Part shown: positions 60,751-64,000 of the stretch, one piece after another
How the letters are laid out: every line of letters begins with the position of its first letter
Numbering within the stretch: the first letter of the stretch is position 1
IMG/VR virus record: IMGVR_UViG_3300027969_002800
Span: 1-64,000 of that record
DNA from: a virus
Length of the DNA: 64,000 nt
Reading direction: 5' to 3' (one strand)
The notes under the pieces: generated by a model
Database searches by the model: none
The model's input: only the letters and a program-made list of their open reading frames with translations
Told to the model about the DNA's origin: nothing
Position numbers and translations under genes: made by a program

Positions 60751-61460
60751 TTTTGTTTTTTCAATTTTTTAATACAATAGTTTTTATGTAAGTAATAAGA
60801 ATTAACATTAAGTGTGTCACATGCTTCTTTTACACTACCATAAATTACATTGTTTATTAATACTTTAGTTGCAAATCCATTATTGCTACCTTTTTGTTTA
60901 CCCTTTAAAGATTCTGATATAGCAGTAGCTCTTTTTGATCTATCTTCTTCAGACAAATTATCCCAATATGCTTTTACTGATGTTTTTCTTTTTGTTTTTT
61001 CTAAATCAGCAGTGTCACCATATTGTTCTTCATATGTTTTATATTCTCTATTTTCATTAATTGAACTTAACTTTTTCTTTGTTTGTTCACTATGAGTTTT
61101 TCCATAGAAAGGATTATTTTCTCCAATATAGGAATCTTTAATTTTATTTAATGTTTCTACATCTTTGATTGATTTTTTGTTTAAAATTCTTGCACTTCTT
61201 AGATTTACAATATGTTCACGTGTATCATTTTCATAACATTCAGCTATCATTAAATGTGCTTTGATATGATCTTCTACTGATAAATTTACAAAATTAGTTT
61301 TGTTATTTACTGATAAAGTATCATCTGTCCATAAATTTTTAGGAATGATATGATGTTTATGTAAAACTAATGTTTTATCATAAGATAAAGTTGAACAATT
61401 TTTTATAAAGTCCAAATAAGTATAAAAATTTTCAAGATCAAAATGTGTTGCAGATTTCAT
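60747..61460 (-). mobile_element. HNH/NUMOD3 homing endonuclease (MobE-like)
   Basis: HKHHIIPK...N.VNLSVEDH..AH; GENNPFYGKTHSE. Confidence 0.85.
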
Positions 61461-61479
61461 AATACAAATATACTAATTA

Positions 61480-62133
61480 TTAATCTTTTCCATATTCTAA
61501 AGATAAAATTTTTCCAACAAGATCTGATCTATGGTTTTCTTTCAATTTGATCCATTCAATTCCTTCTATTTTTTTAGAAAGTTCAATTACATAAGATAAT
61601 CCAGTGTAACTATTTTTTGTATCATTTTGTTCTGAATCACCATTAATAATTATCTTACCTGTCTTACCAAGTCTTGTTAGTATAGCAAGCATTTCCCCTT
61701 TTGACAGGTTTTGCGCTTCCTCCACCACCAACACATCATCAATAGTTTTACCACGTATAAACTGAACAGGATAAGCAATAACCCTCTTGTTCTTAACCAG
61801 TTCTTGAATCTTAAGTTTATCATAACACTTTTCAAGGTTTTCCTGAAATGCTTCTAGGTAAGGATTGAACTTCTCTTCAAGATCTCCTGGAAGAAACCCT
61901 AGTGATCCACCCACTTCAATTGTTGCTCTTGTAACATAAATGTGATTACATTGTTTCTTCATTAAGAAATCTAAAGCAGCTTGGGCACATACTAGAGACT
62001 TACCACTTCCAGCTCTACCAGTAACAATAACTATTTGGTTATCTATTATTAACTGTTTAGCAAGCTTCTGTTCTTCGTTGAGGGTAACAGCATATTTGAT
62101 ATCACTTTTACGTTCCCTGTTAGGTTCTTTCAT
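61480..62133 (-). CDS. phoH: PhoH-like ATPase
   Basis: GRAGSGKS, LGFLPG, FIRGKT, EEAQN, TRLG, GDSEQ.D motifs. Confidence 0.95.
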   Translation of the reverse strand: MKEPNRERKSDIKYAVTLNEEQKLAKQLIIDNQIVIVTGRAGSGKSLVCAQAALDFLMKKQCNHIYVTRATIEVGGSLGFLPGDLEEKFNPYLEAFQENLEKCYDKLKIQELVKNKRVIAYPVQFIRGKTIDDVLVVEEAQNLSKGEMLAILTRLGKTGKIIINGDSEQNDTKNSYTGLSYVIELSKKIEGIEWIKLKENHRSDLVGKILSLEYGKD

Positions 62134-62572
62134 ATTTTAGTTTTAATTGGTTACGTCTATTATTAACCTCCTCATACTTATACATGTCATTTTCAACATT
62201 AGAATGCTCCTCAAGGGTCAAAAGTATAATATTTTCTTCATCTAAACAAGCTTCTGGATACTTTTCTTTTGGTAAAATGTGATGGAAATATGTACTCATT
62301 GCTTCTTTACCAAGATAGGCATCACTTATTTCTGACCTATGTGGTCTTTTCTTCCATATACACAAGAAGAACTGTCTCATTTCCAAGAACTTACTAGGAG
62401 ATTTGTCCAGTTTTTGTGATAATAAACTGGACTTTTGCAAAGATTTACCATCACTAACCCCTTTTTTAGGGGTTAATGTTGGCTTTAACCTACTTTGAGC
62501 TAAAGGTTTTCTTTGTTTATGCTGAAAGCAATATTCTCCATCAGAATTCTTTCCACATGTTTTACACTTCAT
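62120..62572 (-). CDS. Zn-finger plus HNH-like (NinG-like) protein
   Basis: MKCKTCG...CFQH; HHILPK...ENIILL...EH; start taken at 62572. Confidence 0.55.
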   Translation of the reverse strand: MKCKTCGKNSDGEYCFQHKQRKPLAQSRLKPTLTPKKGVSDGKSLQKSSLLSQKLDKSPSKFLEMRQFFLCIWKKRPHRSEISDAYLGKEAMSTYFHHILPKEKYPEACLDEENIILLTLEEHSNVENDMYKYEEVNNRRNQLKLKYERT

Positions 62573-62867
62573 CTTCTTTAGTAAAGTAATGATTGAAAGG
62601 ATTAGGTCCTGATGTGTATGGTTGTGTACTACCAGATGTAGGACCATTAATACCTCCAGTTATTGGTAAAGTTCCAAATGGTGTAGGTGTGCAATCACAA
62701 CTTCCTTTCCATGGAGCATTTATCTTTCCACATCTATGACATTCCCATGATAAAGAAACTTTAGGACATGTGCACATTTGTGGTTGTCCTGTACTACTCC
62801 AAGTAAGAGGCATAGTTTTATATCCTCTACAAGTTGTACATATCTGAGGGAAATCAAAATTAGTCAT
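62562..62867 (-). CDS. Cys-rich zinc-finger protein
   Basis: CTTC, CTC, WECHRCG...CDC. Confidence 0.55.
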   Translation of the reverse strand: MTNFDFPQICTTCRGYKTMPLTWSSTGQPQMCTCPKVSLSWECHRCGKINAPWKGSCDCTPTPFGTLPITGGINGPTSGSTQPYTSGPNPFNHYFTKEDEV

Positions 62868-63102
62868 TGTCTTCTACTTTTTCATACGTTAATTCAAATA
62901 TATCTGGTTTACATGGATAAAATTCTCCTTGTACTCCTTTTATGATATAATCACCTTTAGAAGCATGCATCTGTCCTTCTAAGGTTTGAATGTACAATTC
63001 TCCATCTCTAAATTCAACGCCTCTTAAAAAATCATATATTTCTTCTTGATTTCCATTCCATTGAATTGCTTCAATTACAACTGGTTTTTTTCTGTATTTC
63101 AT
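62860..63102 (-). CDS. Conserved phage protein (KKPVVIEA / PGDYG-like)
   Basis: [13 protein letters not shown]...TLEG...[22 protein letters not shown]. Confidence 0.8.
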   Translation of the reverse strand: MKYRKKPVVIEAIQWNGNQEEIYDFLRGVEFRDGELYIQTLEGQMHASKGDYIIKGVQGEFYPCKPDIFELTYEKVEDND

Positions 63103-63734
63103 AATTTATTTATTTTTTTATGTTTAACATTAATTGGTGTATTTACTATTTTCTCTATAGACCATCCTCTAAGAACTCTATTATTAAATGTTGAAGTTGA
63201 AATATTTAATTTTTCACACCATTCAGACATACATAAAGTTTCTTCTAAGTAAGTATATACTTTATTATTAGTTCTATTTCTAGCTTGAATCATTGGTGTA
63301 GCCCATCTACAATTACTAGGTTCATAATTTCCATTCACGTCTATTCTATCTATAGTTAAATCTTTTGATTCTCCCATATCTAAATAAAAATTAATAAATG
63401 AATCTTTCCATTTATCACATATAATAATTCCTCTTCCTCCATAGTTTTTATAACGAGGATTATTAGAATTATAACATCTGTCTTTCATAGACTGCCATAT
63501 TGAAAATTCTCTAGACTTCCACATACCATGTGATCCTGTTAGAAGTGAACATTTATTACAACTTCTAGATGCACCACTTCTCAATGATGCACCTAAAACT
63601 TGTTTTTCTTTTCCACAATCACATTTTACATTATATAATATGTGACCATTTTTGTTTCTGGTTTCAATTTCAGATATAACTGTTAGTATACCATATTTTT
63701 TACCAATCATACATTGTTTATTTGTTTTTCCCAT
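63099..63734 (-). mobile_element. HNH homing endonuclease
   Basis: CDCG, WQSMKDRC, YGGRGI, TIDRIDVNGNYEPSNCRWAT. Confidence 0.9.
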
Positions 63735-63784
63735 AATTTAAATATTTAAGATTTTACAAATATACAATATTTATTAAACAAAAA

Positions 63785-64000
63785 CTAATTATCCTTACAA
63801 AACTGTCCATTTCTCATAACTCCACTACGTTTAGCTATTACATTGTATGCACTCTCTAAACATTCTGTCAAACTCACTCCTTGCAGTTCTGCTTGGATGA
63901 TGATTGTAACTAGGATGTCACCTAGTGCATCAATTATCTCTTCTTTGTTGTTATCAAAGATAGCATCTGCTAGTTCTTCCACTTCTTCCAATGTTTTATC
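63785..64000 (-). CDS. MazG-like NTP pyrophosphohydrolase, 5'-truncated
   Basis: EEVEEL...IIDALGDILVT...CLESAYNVI..R.G.M.NGQF.KD. Confidence 0.85.
   Translation of the reverse strand, partial: DKTLEEVEELADAIFDNNKEEIIDALGDILVTIIIQAELQGVSLTECLESAYNVIAKRSGVMRNGQFCKDN

Noticed and set aside
60747-63790. C-terminal duplication at the two minus-strand endonucleases
   Set aside because: Their ends do not match the PhoH or MazG C-termini.
1-64000. Stop-codon reassignment as in some crAss-like phages
   Set aside because: Very long ORFs are intact under the standard code, and TAG/TGA act as real stops (e.g. 7553, 18710, 47923).
1-64000. tRNA, rRNA, CRISPR array, integrase, DGR reverse transcriptase
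   Set aside because: None is recognisable by eye, and the intergenic gaps are short. A tRNAscan/Infernal run would be needed to exclude RNA genes formally.

Overview
AT-rich segment of a lytic crAss-like phage genome (Crassvirales-related, phi14:2-like organisation, standard genetic code). The host is probably Bacteroidota/Flavobacteria, judged from TAnnTTTG promoters, A-rich start regions without Shine-Dalgarno sites, and SprB/FISUMP/DUF285 domains. The + strand (1-58.5 kb) carries adhesin/decoration proteins with Thr/Ser-rich linkers, a metallophosphoesterase, ring/IHF-like/muzzle tail genes, ejected cargo proteins including a 4320-aa virion RNA polymerase polyprotein (DFDID motif), tail fibres, a lysis module and small basic proteins. 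The - strand carries glycosyltransferases, GroES-like, thioredoxin, PhoH, MazG-like and endonuclease genes. The main leads are: (1) a candidate virion protein O-glycosylation system, with TibC/AAH-like, plant HPAT/SGT1-like, DUF616-like and GT2 transferases alongside many mucin-like Thr/Ser acceptor proteins; (2) an LCIB/theta-type carbonic anhydrase fused to a module shared with a mucin-like protein; (3) two homing endonucleases that replaced the 3' ends of their target genes with recoded copies; (4) a start-codon tandem repeat on a glycosyltransferase; (5) two conserved promoter architectures; (6) a DGR-like variable-region signature. All family assignments come from motif recognition by eye, not from database searches.
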